Source: Heptranchias perlo (taxonomy: Eukaryota). From it: a DNA stretch of 64,000 nucleotides. Shown one piece after another: positions 12,810-25,669 of the stretch. The stretch is taken from NCBI RefSeq assembly GCF_035084215.1, contig NW_027139442.1, positions 4,526,001 through 4,590,000 on the forward strand, in the 5' to 3' direction. The position numbers and the translations under genes were made by a program. How positions within the stretch are numbered: position 1 is the stretch's first letter; every line of letters starts with the position of its first letter. Under the pieces are notes generated by a model. The model was not told the DNA's origin and made no database searches. It saw nothing but the letters and a program-made list of their open reading frames with translations.

Positions 12810-15370
12810 ATAGGAACAGGAGTAGGCAATTCAGCATTTCGAGCCTGCTCCGCCATGCAATTGGATCATGGCTGATCTGCACCTCAACCTCATTTGCTCA
12901 CGTTTAATCCGGCCAGTATTAAAATCTATCCATCTCAGTATTGAAAATTGTATTTGTCCCAGCATGCACAGCCTTTTTGGGGAGGGAGTTCTCGGTTATT
13001 ACCAGACTTTGTGGGAAAAGTGCGACCTACGTTCACTCCTAAATATCTCAGTTCTAATTTTAATGTTCTTCTGGATTCCCTGACGAGAGGAAATAGTTTC
13101 TGCCTTTCTACCCTATCGAATATCTTTATCGATTGGATAACCCCTGAAATTTCAATACTCAAGGAAATATAAGCTAATTTAAGGCTACCTTTCAATATAT
13201 TATTTAATCCTGTAAGCCTCGGTATCATTCTGATGAATCTATGATGAACCCCCTCCAAGGCCAATATATCGTTCCTGAGTTTCGGTGCCCAAAACTGAAT
13301 GCAGTACTCCAGAGGTGGTCCAGCCAAGGCTGTACACAAATGAAGCATATCTTTCTCCCCATTGTATTCCAGTCCCTTTGAGATAAAGGCCAGAGTTCCA
13401 TTCGCCACTTTGATTGTTTTTTTATGTGTCTCCGAGCTTTTATTGATTTATGTCAATAGACACCCATTTTCCACAGTTCCTAGTTTCTCACCAGTTAGAA
13501 AATACTGCAATTCATCTTTCGTGGGTTCTAAGAGGATTATCCCTCACTTGTCCACATTGAACACTCATTTAATCTCTCTTTGCCCACTCATTTAATCTCT
13601 CTTTGTCCGTCTGTAAGTTACTGCTCCCATCTGCGCGAATTGTATTTAAAAATTCGGAGGAGTTGATTGGGGAATGTAAAACAAATGGATATAGATATAG
13701 ATCAAATGTAAGCGATTTAGTGCAGTGAACAGGAGAAACAATTTTAAACCGAGAGTTGTGAGGCTGGTGATTGACACAGAGACCATGTTAACATTGAACA
13801 ATAGTTTGGATAAATGGTTGAAGGAAAGGAGGATAAAGGGGTTGTGGAAACAAGGTGAGGAATGGGATTAGGTCTACTTCTCTTGTGGGCCAACACGAAC
13901 TTATTGGGCCTAACAGCGTTTCTCCGTGTTGTAATTTCTCTGTAATTCTATCTGTCTGACATCCTTGTATTCCAACAGAAAATCCGACTGGAGTCAGACA
14001 AGCAGCATTGCAGTTGTCTTTTTGATTTGATTTTAATGATCTATGTGAGTGGTGGAAACCGAATCTTGTCAATTATTTCATACAGTCGTCCCATTGGAAC
14101 AGAAGTAGGCCATTCACCACCTCGACCCTGTTCCGCTACTGAATTAGATAATAGCTGCTCTGTATCTCAACTCCATTGACCTGTCTTGGCTCCATATCGC
14201 TTACCTGATAAAAACCTACCAATCTCTGTTTTGAATTTTTCAATTGATCCAGCTTCTCTCCATCTACCCGTTCAACTCATTTGATCTTTCAAAACATCTC
14301 AATTAGATTTACCACTTAATATTTTATATTCAAGAGACTATAAGCCTAGTCTATGCAATCTGTCCTCATAATTTACCCTTTTCACCCCGGTATCATTCTG
14401 GTGAATCTGCGTTGCACCCCTTCCAAGGCCAATATATTCTTCCAGAGAAGCAGTGCCCAGAGCTAAAAACAATACTCGAAATGTGGTCTGACTGGAGCTC
14501 TGTAAATCTGTAACATAACTTCCACCGCTTTGTATTCTAGTCCACCTGAGATAAAGGCCAACACTACATTCGCCTTTCAATTAATTTCTGTACCAAGCTT
14601 TTATTGATTTCTGTACTTTGAACCCGAAATCTCTCTGCTTTCTAGCTTCTCGCCATTTTGAAAATACTCTGATGGCAAAAGTGGATGACCTCACAGTTTT
14701 CCACATTGAACTCCATCTGCCACTGGTTTTGCCCACTCACTTAATCTATTAATGTCTCTTTGCAAATTTCTGCTCCAGTCTGCAGCATTTACTGTGCCCC
14801 CTAAATTAATGTCATGATCAAACTTAGATATACAGCTCTCTATTCCTTGATGCAAGTTCTTTATAAATATCGTGAAAAGCTGAGGTCACAGCATAGATCC
14901 CTTGGAGGAACCACGAGTCATATCCCGCCAGTTTGAGTATCCCGACATTCTGTCTCCTACCTCCTAACCAATTCCATATCCAAGCCAATAATATGTCTCC
15001 TATTCCCTGCATTCCCATTTTTGTTAACAGTCTCTTATGTAAAAACTTGTCGAATAGAAAAATAACATCCAGAGACATTCCCTTATCTACCACGTTAGTT
15101 ACCTCCTCAAAAACTCAACTGGGTTAGTTGGACATGACTTACCCATTACATATCCTTGCTGGGTCTCTCTGATCAGCTCACATTTGTACAATGCTCAGTC
15201 ACTCTGTCCCTAATAACAGGGTCTAGTAACTTCCCGACAACTGACGCTAGACTAATAGCTATGGAATTTCCTCGTTTATCTCTCCTTCCTTTCCTAAATA
15301 ATGCAGTGACATTGGCAGTTTGCCAATCCTATGGGACAATTTCTGAGTCGAGATTGGCTCTTGATTATTC
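12810..15370 (-). mobile_element. Degenerate CR1 LINE fragments
   Basis: PPLEYCIQFWAPKLR and FDKFLHKRLL RT-type remnants. Confidence 0.82.
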
Positions 15371-16634
15371 CATTCTGTTGATACTGTAGTTAACTGTGTT
15401 TCACGCATCATTCCCAGATATGTGTTTGTAAAAGAATCAGTTGTTCCTTTCACTATGCAATAAATTATATAATTATTTACTTTCAGTTGTGCAGATTTTA
15501 CCGACTAAAACGAGACCAATGAAAGTGTAATGTTCGGCCGGGCATCTTCAGCGAATTGGATGTTCCGTTCTGCTTTGTTTCTGTCCATTTAACTTTCCAC
15601 TCCTTGTAATGTTGCAAAACCACTGCCTCATCTCACTCATCTGTTACCGTTACTTGCATTGAGTCACTGCGGGAGGACCATATCCATTCCCCATTGCACT
15701 CATTTTCATCCCTGCACTTGTAAGCTCTTTGATCATTTCTGCCAGTTGTTGCATTGTTAGACACGGTGCTGCGAATAGAACCTGGCATTAATAGCTTAAA
15801 TTGTAAAATGTATGATTGCCACCCAGGTAATTTCTGTCTCCACTGCAGTTAATATCGATGATCAAAGAGATAGATATAAGGGAGGCGGTGGGCGGTACAC
15901 AACTATGATTTAATGGAAAGCCCAGACATGTGGATCAAGGTAAGCTGCTGGCAAAAGCAGACGGTTCAAGAAGAGAAAATGTGTGATTTGGTGATCAGGG
16001 CTACAATGCATCCACGACGGATATTAATGGCTCAGATGGTGGAATGTAAAACCTGGTGAGGAGGCGTCAGTCAGGTTCAAGGTATTGCCATTTTCATTCA
16101 AAAAAAAGTACGGTCAAGGCAACCCCTCAATCATCCACATGAATGACAAGGGCTTTATTAGTGAGTGAACCTTCATTCTGGATGGAATGAGTTGGACGGT
16201 GATTGATCCGCTGAAGATTCCAATGGTGTAGTCGAGGGTGAGGTGAGTGAGAGAGTGCAGAACATTTTGAAGGGGGAAGAGGAACAGCCATAATTCGCGG
16301 TACAAGTGGGAACCAGTGACATAGAAAGGAAAAGAGTTGAGGGCCTGCAGTCAGAGTTTTAGGAGGCACGGGGGAGGATAAAAAGCAGAATCTCAATGGT
16401 AGTAATCGTTGGGACCAATAATGGCATTGGAGGGATCTACTCAAGAAGGAGGGGTTGCACCTCAAAAGAGCTCGGACCAATCCCCTTGCGGGGAGATTAA
16501 CTAGTGCTGTGGGTGAGCGTTGAATTTAATTTGGTCGAGGGATGGCACAACGATGTAACATCGGAGAGCAGAAACAAGATGCACAGAGGAATGGGAGAGG
16601 CAAATAGCACTGGAGTAAAGAATAGTTCAAACGT

Positions 16635-17215
16635 AGAAACATAGGAGCATAGAAACAAAGAAAATAGGAGCAATAGTCGGCCATTCGGCCCTTCAGGCCT
16701 GCTCCGCCATTCAAAATGATCATCGCTGATCGTCTAACTCAGTACCCCGTTCCCTCTCTTTCCCCATATCCCTTGATCCCTTTACCATTAAGAAATATAT
16801 CTATCTCCTTCTAGAATACATCTAATGAATTGACCTCCACTGCCATCTGCGGTACAGAATTCCACAGGTTCACCACCCTCTGAGTAAAGAAATGTCTCCT
16901 CATCTCGGTTCTAAATGGCATACGCCGTATCCGGAGAATGTGGCACTTGGCTCTGGACTCATCGGCCATCGGGAACATCCTCCCTGCATCTAGTCTGTCT
17001 AGTCCTGTTAGAATTTTATATGTTTCGATGGGATCACCTCTCATTCTTCTAAACTGTCGTGAATATAGGCCTAGCCGACCCAATCTCTCCTCATACGTTG
17101 GTCCTGCCATCCCAAGAACCAGTCTGGTAAACCTTCGCTGCACTCCCTCCATGGCAAGGACATACTTCCTCAATTTAGGAGAACAAAACTGCACACATTA
17201 CTCAAGATGTGGTCC
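16635..17215 (-). mobile_element. CR1 LINE 3' fragment
   Basis: VQRRFTRLVLGMAG...FFTQRVVNLWNS; same subfamily as 4135-4775. Confidence 0.88.
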
Positions 17216-17259
17216 ACATAGGAGTGATCATACAGGGGGCAAATGCGAATCAGTCTAAG

Positions 17260-20200
17260 GTGAGTTCGGAGAGAACATAGCATGGTAAATAAAGTTGGTG
17301 ATTTTCACTGACAAGTCGCCATGTGGGACTATGATATGGTGGCCATAACTGAGATCTGGCTCAAAGAAGGAAGGATTCCGAACTTAATATTCTTGGCTAT
17401 CAAGTAATCAGGAAAGATAGGGATGGAAAGAAGGGTTGGGGGGAGGGATTGTGACGGTATTGAGCAGATAAACTGTTATGGTACTGGAAGGAGATGATGT
17501 AGTTGAGGGATGAAATACATAACCTATTTGGTTGGAAGTAAGGAACAAAAGAGGAGCTATTACGCTACTGGGATTACACTATTAGCTAACAAAATGTGGG
17601 AAGGAGATAGAGGAGCAAATTTTCAGGCAAATTACAGAAACATGCAAGAACTAGCGAGTAATGTGTTTAGGGGACATCAATTATCCCAATATAGACTGGG
17701 ATAATTACAGTAATACAGGGCAAAGAGTGGCAGGAATTATTGAAATGTATGCAAGAGAACATTATTGATCAGTATGTTTTCAGAAAAACGAGCAAGGAAG
17801 CAGTGCTGGATCTAATTCTGGTGAATGAATTGGGGCAACTGGAGAATGTGTCAGTGGGGGAGCAGTGGGGAACAGTGATCATAATATCGTCAGGTTTGGA
17901 AAATAGTTATGGGAAAATAAAAGGAACAATCAGCATTAAATACTTAACTGGAGGAGGGCTAACTTCAGTGAGTTAAAAAGAAATCTGGCCAAGGTAGATT
18001 GGAATCAGAAATTGTTCGGCAAAACAGTAATTGCACAATGGGAGGACTTCAAGGAGGAGATGGATCGGATACAGAGTAGGTATATTCCCACAAGGGGAAA
18101 TGAAAGGCATCCAAAGCTAGAACTTCCTGGATGACGAAAGATACATCAATTAAAATGAATCGCAAAAGTGAACTTTATGATAAATGTAAGAGTCATAATA
18201 TAGTAGAGAAAAAAGCTGAAAACAAAAAATGCGGAGGAGATTCATGAAAGGAAATAAGAGGGGCAAAGAGAGAGTATGCGAATAGAGCGGTTAGCATAAA
18301 AGGGAATCCAAAAGCATGTTTTAATTAATTACATAGCAGAAGCAATATCAATGTTGGGGTCGGACTGATTGGCACATAACGGGCGGCCTTCTTGTCGAGG
18401 CAGGGCGTATTGCTGAGGTAATAAATGAATACTTCGCATCGATTTTCACTGGTGAAGAGGATGTTGTCAATGTAGCAGTAAAGGAGGAGAGAGCAGCGAT
18501 ATGAGATAGGATAAATTTCGATAAAGAGGAGGTATTTAAAAGTTTGGAATTACCCTAAGTCGAAAAGTCACTCGATCCAGATGGGATGTGTCTAGGTTAG
18601 TGAGGAAAGTAAGGTTGGAAATTGCAGAGGATCTCGCCAAAATCATTCAATCCTCCTTGGATATGGGAGTGATACAAGAGGACTGGAGGATTGCAAATGT
18701 TGCACCATTATTCAAAAAAGTGGAGAGGGATCAATCTGGCAATCATAGGCCAATCAGCCTAACGTCGCTGGTGGGAAAACTTTTAAAGACAATAATCTGA
18801 GACAAAAATCATTGTTACTTGGAAAATGTATGGGCTAATAAATTACATTATATAGAATGAACAGCAGAGAAACAGGCCATTCGGCCCAACAGGTCCATAC
18901 CAGCGGTTATGCTCCACACGAGCGTTCTCCTTCCCTCCTTCATCAAACTCTGATGAAAGTTAGCACGGATTGGTTAAAGCAAAATCGTGTTTGACTAATT
19001 TAATTGAGTTCGTTGATGAAGTAACGGAGAGGGTTGATGAGGGGAGTGCGGTTGATGCTGTGGATATGGACTTTCAAAAGGCAGTTGCTAAAGTACCACA
19101 TTGAAGCTTTGTTAGAAATATTAAAGGCCACTGCATTAAAGGTTCGGTAGCAGCGTGGATATAAAATTGGCCCGGGGTCAATTGTGAGAGTAGTGGTGAA
19201 CAGTTCATTGTCAGACTGGAAGGATGCACAGAGTGCTGTTCCCCAGGGGTCGACATTAGGTCCACTGCTCCTTTTGATTACATTAATGACCTATCCTTGG
19301 GTATGCAACGTATAATTTCAAAGTTTGCAGATGACGAAACTCGAAAAAGGAGTAAATAATGTCGTGGAAAGTAACAGATTAGAGGAGGAGATAGACACGG
19401 TGGTGAAATGGGCAGACACATGAGTGATTGCATTTAATGCAGCGAAGTGTAAAGTAATATATTTTGGGAGGAAGAACGAGGAGAGACAATATTAACTAAA
19501 TGGTACAATTCTAAATGGAGTGCAGCAACAGAGTGACCTGGGGGTATGTACACAAATCTTTGAATGTGGCAGGATCATTTGAGAATGCCGTTAAAAAAGA
19601 GTATGGGGAACTTTGTATTATTAATAGAGGCTTAGATACAAAAGTAAGGACGATATGTTAAACATGTATAAAACACTGGTTAGGTCTCAGCTGAAGTATT
19701 GTGTTCAATTCAGGGCACCACGCTTTAGCAAGGATGTCACGGCCTTAAAGAGAATTATTAGAATGGTTCCAGGGATGAGTACTTCAGTTACGCGGATAGA
19801 TTGGAGAAGCTGGGATTGTTCTCCTGAGAGTGGAGAAGGTTATGGGGAGATTTAATAAAGTTGTTCAAAATCATGAACGGTTTTGAAAGCGTAAATAGGG
19901 AGAAACTGTTTCCTATGACAGAAGGGTCAGTATCATAGTATCATAGGAGAATACAACGCAGAAGGAGTCAATTCGGTCCAATTCGGTAATTGCCTCTTCT
20001 AATTCTTACTCCCAAAATGTATCAGTTCACACTGCTCAGAGTTAACATTCATCTGCCATGTGTCTACCCATTTCACCAGACTGTCTATGTCCTCCTGAAG
20101 ACTGTTATTATTCTCAACATTGTTCACCACATATCCGAGTTTCGTATCATCTGCAAACATTGAAATTAAATCCAGTATGCCCAAGTCGAGGCCAGTAATA

Positions 20201-20725
20201 TACATCAAAAAAGCCGTGGTCCTAATGCCGATCACTGGAGAAGAGTACTGTATACTTTCCTCCAGTTTGAAAACCACTGCTCTCTGCTTTCTGCCCCTTC
20301 GCCAATTTTGCATCCACGCTTCCACTCTCCCTATAATCCTATGGGCTTTAATTTTTCTTGCAAGTCTATTATTTGGGGCTTCATCAAATGCGTTTTGAGA
20401 GTCCATATGCACATCATCGACTGCATTACCCTCATCAACCCTCTCCGTCATTTCAACAAAGTCACCAGAAGACATAGATTTAAGGTGATTGGCAAAACAA
20501 CCAGAGGCGACATGAGGAAAGATTTCTTATGCAGCCAGTTGTTATGATTTGGAATGCGCTGCTTGATAGAGTGGTGGTAACCGATTCAATAGTAACTTTC
20601 AAAAGGTAATTGGATAAATATTTGAAGGGAAACATTTACAGGGCTATGGGGAAAGGGCAAGGTCGTCGGCACAGGCACGATGACCAGAATGGCCTCCTTC
20701 TGTGCAGTGCAACGTTATGATGCTA
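17260..20725 (+). mobile_element. Near full-length degenerate CR1 ORF2 with nested antisense CR1 pieces (~18845-18950, ~19932-20462)
   Basis: EN (ITE.WL, LDLIL.NE), RT (DWRIANVAPLFKK, RPISLTS, DFQKA, KFADD) and 3' domain in order, with stops. Confidence 0.88.
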
Positions 20726-21418
20726 TATGGTACCATGAGTGGGACGGGAAGGAGGCTGATGAGATTAGGCGTCAGCAGGCACGCTGGCCATTCGGGTTGC
20801 TGCTCCTATGAAGCGAGCGGCAGGGCCTTCGTAGGCTGTTCAGAGAATACCAAGTAAGGCACAAAGGCGGCTGCGGCTTGTTCAAGGTATTCAAACTGGG
20901 AACATAGAAAGTAAGAAGGAAGTCGGAGGAGTAGCGATGCTTTGGGTTATTGGAGTGGGAGCGGGAAGTACCCAATAGGGAAAGGGGAAAATAAAGAACA
21001 CAGAGAATCAGGAGAGCGATCTGGGGTGGGGACGGATTGAACCTTCAATTCATGCAGCCAATGTATGACTGATGCCAAGTGCTGGGATTTGTTTACAAAG
21101 CGGAATACAGATTAGGTCTAAAGAAGTAATGTTAACATTAAATGGAACATTGGTCCGGGCCCACCTGGATTGATGTGTACAGATGTTTAATTCACACCAG
21201 AGAAAGGATCTGGTGAACCGTCAGTAACACCGACTTCTCCCCTGCTGCCTTCGCAATAACAGCTGCTGAGATGCAGACTTGCATTCCCGCTACCAATCGG
21301 ACAACAGGATCGGTTACAGCAATCAACTTCATTTACATCAAATCAAAATCAATAATGTAGCAGTGTAGTACATTAACTGTTCGATGTCATTATTTTAAGG
21401 AGAAATGTCGACACTAAC

Positions 21419-21530
21419 CTTGAGAAAAGCTCCGCTGAGTTCCAAAAAATACTAAAAGGAGAAACAATGAATCAGTTATTTGAGTCCGCTCCGTGATGCG
21501 CCTCAGCTCTGCGCCACTTCTGAAAAGCAT
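21419..21530 (-). CDS. Probable leader (signal peptide) exon of the Ig receptor: MLFRSGAELRRITERTQITDSLFLLLVFFGTQRSFSQ|G
   Basis: ATG at 21530, 37 codons + 1 nt, hydrophobic core LFLLLVFFG. Phase-1 donor CAAG|GTTAGT matches the phase of the first Ig exon. Linkage across the 8.9-kb LINE-filled intron is inferred. Confidence 0.65.
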
Positions 21531-21599
21531 CCAGTTTTCCTGGACCTGGATCGGGCCGGCGAATAACAGGCAGCCGATGCGATACGACTTGTTTTGAGT

Positions 21600-22900
21600 C
21601 CCCGTCAATGTCCAATTGAAACTCCAGAATGACTTCGATATAACCCAGATGAATTTGGCCTTCGCCAGTAACACTCGCTCATAGCGAATCGCAGCCCGTT
21701 TTACACCGCGCCGAATGTGCTTTTCCGCACAGGGTACATTCCTGCCCTGTGCTGCAAATTTAACATTTGCTTTTTAGAAGAAATAGTGGAAAATATGCTA
21801 AACTTCAACCCTCATGAGCATAAATCGTGCATTATCAGAAAAAATCTGTGACTTTTCATGCCTTTTCACCATTCTTTCTCAGTTCTTTTATTAACGAGGC
21901 GACTCGTCCAGGAACACGATTTTAAGGGCGGCACCTATCTGTTTTACCCTTCGGCAGAGCGGATACTTTTCATGTCTGAGCTCAGACACTATTTGTCCGC
22001 GAACAATTTGACTCGGGGAGGGTGTGAGCACGGACCCTGATTATGTCCTTAGCGGACATCCACGAATCAACACTTTATAACGGGGCCACGAGTTAACGAT
22101 CAACAAAGGGCACTCTCTCTGTTTCTGTCTACGCCTTATACCGTTCACTTTTCCCGGAAACTAATACCAGTTGCACTCCCTCACCGTTACCCACCGAGAA
22201 TTGAGCACAAGCAAGTAACCGCTCCTGTAGCTTTCCAGTCTCAAGGGCTGCACACCAAACTACGAGTTGCTTCTCTCCATTGAGCTGCCGGAGATCGGAC
22301 AGCGTTGGGCTCAGTCCCAGTCTCCCGCTTCCATCTGTCCACTCCGCTGCACCACAGTCAAGGAATCCTGTACTTTTGGTATAAAATAGTTTCACGACTC
22401 ACCAAACAGCAGTAAAACAGAGACAGTATCCATTTTCTAAGAGGCGCTACGTTGAGACGTGAGAAGTGTGAGGAACGGCGACTCGGTCACTTGTTCGACC
22501 TCGCAGCAGAAGGAATCCGGAAGTGTTTAAATCATGAGACCGGAAACAGAGGCTGGAGAAAGTAAGGTGGTCCCCATAATTAAAGCAACAGTACAGAATT
22601 TTGTACAACCTGGAATAAAATATGGATTAGAACTATCGAAGGGTCCAACATGGCAACCTTTCAATATTATACAACGATCACAGGGTGGAGAGATTAGAAT
22701 GGACTATGAACCCAGAACAACACCGTAAATCACTTGTGATCGATTAGAATTTTTAGTCCTCGTGGTCAAGAACTCCAGTGCTGGGAAGGGATCTTTTCCC
22801 ACTTCAGGCACTCAGTAATAGCAACAAACAACCAAACGCCAGGTGCAGTGCAGTAAAATGCACCAACAAAGTGCCTCAACACAAACCCTATTTCCCAAAA
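21600..22900 (-). repeat. Left arm of ~1.3-kb inverted duplication; probable 5'/promoter region of the Ig gene
   Basis: Reverse-complement blocks shared with 25670-26950 (e.g. gcagcccgttttacaccgcgcc, tttcacgactca, gggtccaacatggcaac, cccagaacaacaccgtaaatca). ETS-like CCGGAAGT near 22517; minus-strand GGTGAG donor candidates near 22185 and 22400. Confidence 0.8.
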
Positions 22901-23889
22901 CAGCGATCCTGTGGGCTCTTTCTGTGAGATGCTGTTAGAGCAGGGTCACAGTCAGGGTTGTGACCCAGCCGAATAAAATAAATTAGATCATATAAAACTG
23001 ATAGCTATTTAGTTACGTAGAAGTCTAGTATAATGAATTTACGCGGATATGTTTAACCTGACTCCGATAATTGAGTTGGTTTACAGTTGGTCATACTTAT
23101 TTGAATTCTACCCTATTCAATTCGGTCGTGATTTTGTGAGGAAATCACTTAATTGAGGAGACGTTTTGATTGTGTAGCGCCAGTGTCCATAAATGGGTTG
23201 TGTCGGTAAAGATTATTTGAATGAGAAACAGGTTTACCTTTGTGCGAAAACATTAGATTCTCGAGCAACAACGAAAGGTAGGTGAACAGATGTCCTTTGT
23301 TTAAGAAAATGGAAGCTAGGTTGTAGCTGAGTCGAGATAGTAGAGGAATGCAGGGTAATGCAGGCTGTGGGGTAATGACAATGCACAGCAATACATCCAA
23401 AACTCAGTTGCCCGTATCCTGACCCAAACCTCCACCTGCTCAGCCAACACACCCGTGCTCGCTGACCTTCAGTGGCTCTTTGTCCACCAACGCCTCGATT
23501 TTAAAATTTTAATCGTCGTGTTGAAATCCCCCCAAGGCCTCGCCTCTCCCTATCCCTGTAATCTCTCCGCGCTTAAGCAACTCCATCTCCCTTCGCCCCA
23601 ACATTGGCGACGATGTCTTCTGCAGTCTAGGCCCTCAGCTCTTGAATTCGCTCCCCAAACATTTCATTATCTCTGCCTCCATTATTGCACTACTGTTGCA
23701 CTTATGCTATATTTTAACACTAATATACACGTTACTTTATGTTGGTCACGAAAAGATTTTCATAGTCTTTTCTGGGACAACTGTTAACTAAGGGTTCTTT
23801 TTAGACATAAACACATACAGTTTTCTAGACATATTTCAAACAGCTCACTCTATGTACCAACTGTAACACTGTATTAACTGAAAGTAAAC

Positions 23890-24410
23890 CACACTTTAGA
23901 AAGGATGTCAAGGCCTTAGATAGGGTTTAGAAGAGATTCACCAGAATGGTAGGAGGGATGAGGGACTTCAGTTATGTGGAGAGACTGGAGAAGCTGGTGT
24001 TGTTTTCCGTGGAACAGAAAAGGTAAAGGGGAGATTTGTTAGAGGTGTTCAAGATCATGAACGGTTCTGATAGAGTAAATAAGGAGAAACGATTTCCAGT
24101 GGCAGAAGGGTCGGTAACCAAAGGACAGAGATTTAAGGTGGTCGAAAAAAGAGCTAGAGGCGACATGAGGAAAAATGTTTTTATGCAGGGAGTTGTAATG
24201 ATCTGGAATGCACTACCTGAAAGGGCGGTGGAAGCAGATTCAATGGTAACTTTGAGAAGGGAATTCGATAAATGCTTGAAGGGAAAAAATACAGGACTAT
24301 GGGGACAGTGCAGGGGAATGGGGCTAATTGGATGTCTCTTTCAAAGAGCCGGCAGAAGCAAAATGGGCCGAATGGCCTCCTTCTATGCTGTACCTACTAC
24401 GATACGATGA
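23890..24410 (+). mobile_element. CR1 LINE 3' fragment
   Basis: EVFKIMNG.DRV.KEK.FP...IWNALP motif and 3' stem-loop tail. Confidence 0.85.
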
Positions 24411-25669
24411 ATGAAAGGCGTGTTGTTTGTTAATGATGTGAAGATAAGCTCTATTCATCTGCAGTGAAAAAGTATCAATAGTTGTTACGATTGGAGGTAT
24501 CGCTAAATCAAACCACACAGAAAGCCTCAACCTTGAAAGTAACTGACCGATCACACTCCCAATCACCAGCTGAAATTTTCTGTTCTTTAGTCTCCATTGA
24601 CGTATTTCATCTGATGGCTGAATACAATGTTCCCCAGATTGTAAAGACGCTTATTTAAAGAGATTGCAGCATGTTTAGAGGGGTGGTGGTTAGTGAAAGG
24701 TATTTTGACAGTTGAACCCAGTTCGCTGAAGGGAAGTGGTAAAATTTACCGAATCATGACGGCCGACGAAAACTGCAACATCGACAGAACATTCAGCATC
24801 ACAGAGGAATGGCCTTGGATCTGCCCGTCACAATCTTTTGTTCCAGATCTTATCTCGTGTCTGAAATACAAGATTCTGCTACTGTTCTTTATTGTGGGAC
24901 AGGCAAGAACAATAACTTGCATTGATGTAGCGCCTTGAATTTAAGAAAATGTCCAACGACACTTCACAGGAGTAGTATTTAGACAACAATTACACAGAAC
25001 CATGAAGGTGTATAGGGCTGAAGGAGACTGCAGGGATTGGGAGGGGCGAGGCCATGGCGGGATTTGAACCGGAGGATGAGAATTCTAAATTGGAGGAGTT
25101 GGTGGTAACTATAGTGAGTACATGGATGATGTGTGAACGGGAGTTGATATGGGTTCGGACACGGGCAGCAGAGTTTTGGATGTATTGGCGTGTATTGTCA
25201 TTATTTTACAACCTAAATGTTCTGTACAATGAACATAACACGACTTTAGTGGAAATACGATGCAGTGTTTGAATTCAGTGTGACTTATCTCTCACCGTGC
25301 CTATTTTAACTCTTGTGGAATCATCCGGAATTTGCGAAAATTGAAAGACCCTATGAGATAATTGGAGGAAATCACTAATAATTAGTTGATTAACTCACAC
25401 AACTATGTCCTAATAAAAGAGGGTAGGTTTCAACTTATCATTCCCAAATGTAAGCCAACTGAATATCCCTGTCAGATTAAACATACCTGTTTACATTCAT
25501 TATATTAGACTTCCCTGTGACTAAATTGCTGCCAGTTTCTGGATATTCCGGTTTTTTTTAATGGATTGGACCATAAATCTGACAGAGGACGCGGCACTAT
25601 CAATGTCTCCCTGAAAGAGCCGAAAGTTTGGTTGTTCTGGGAAACAAAAAAAACTGATCGACGCAGTAG

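Noticed and set aside
13979-14044. Plus-strand mini-exon (caacAG...TAT|GTGAGT) antisense to the Ig gene
   Set aside because: Splice-like sites are present but there is no recognisable product or partner exon; could easily be chance.
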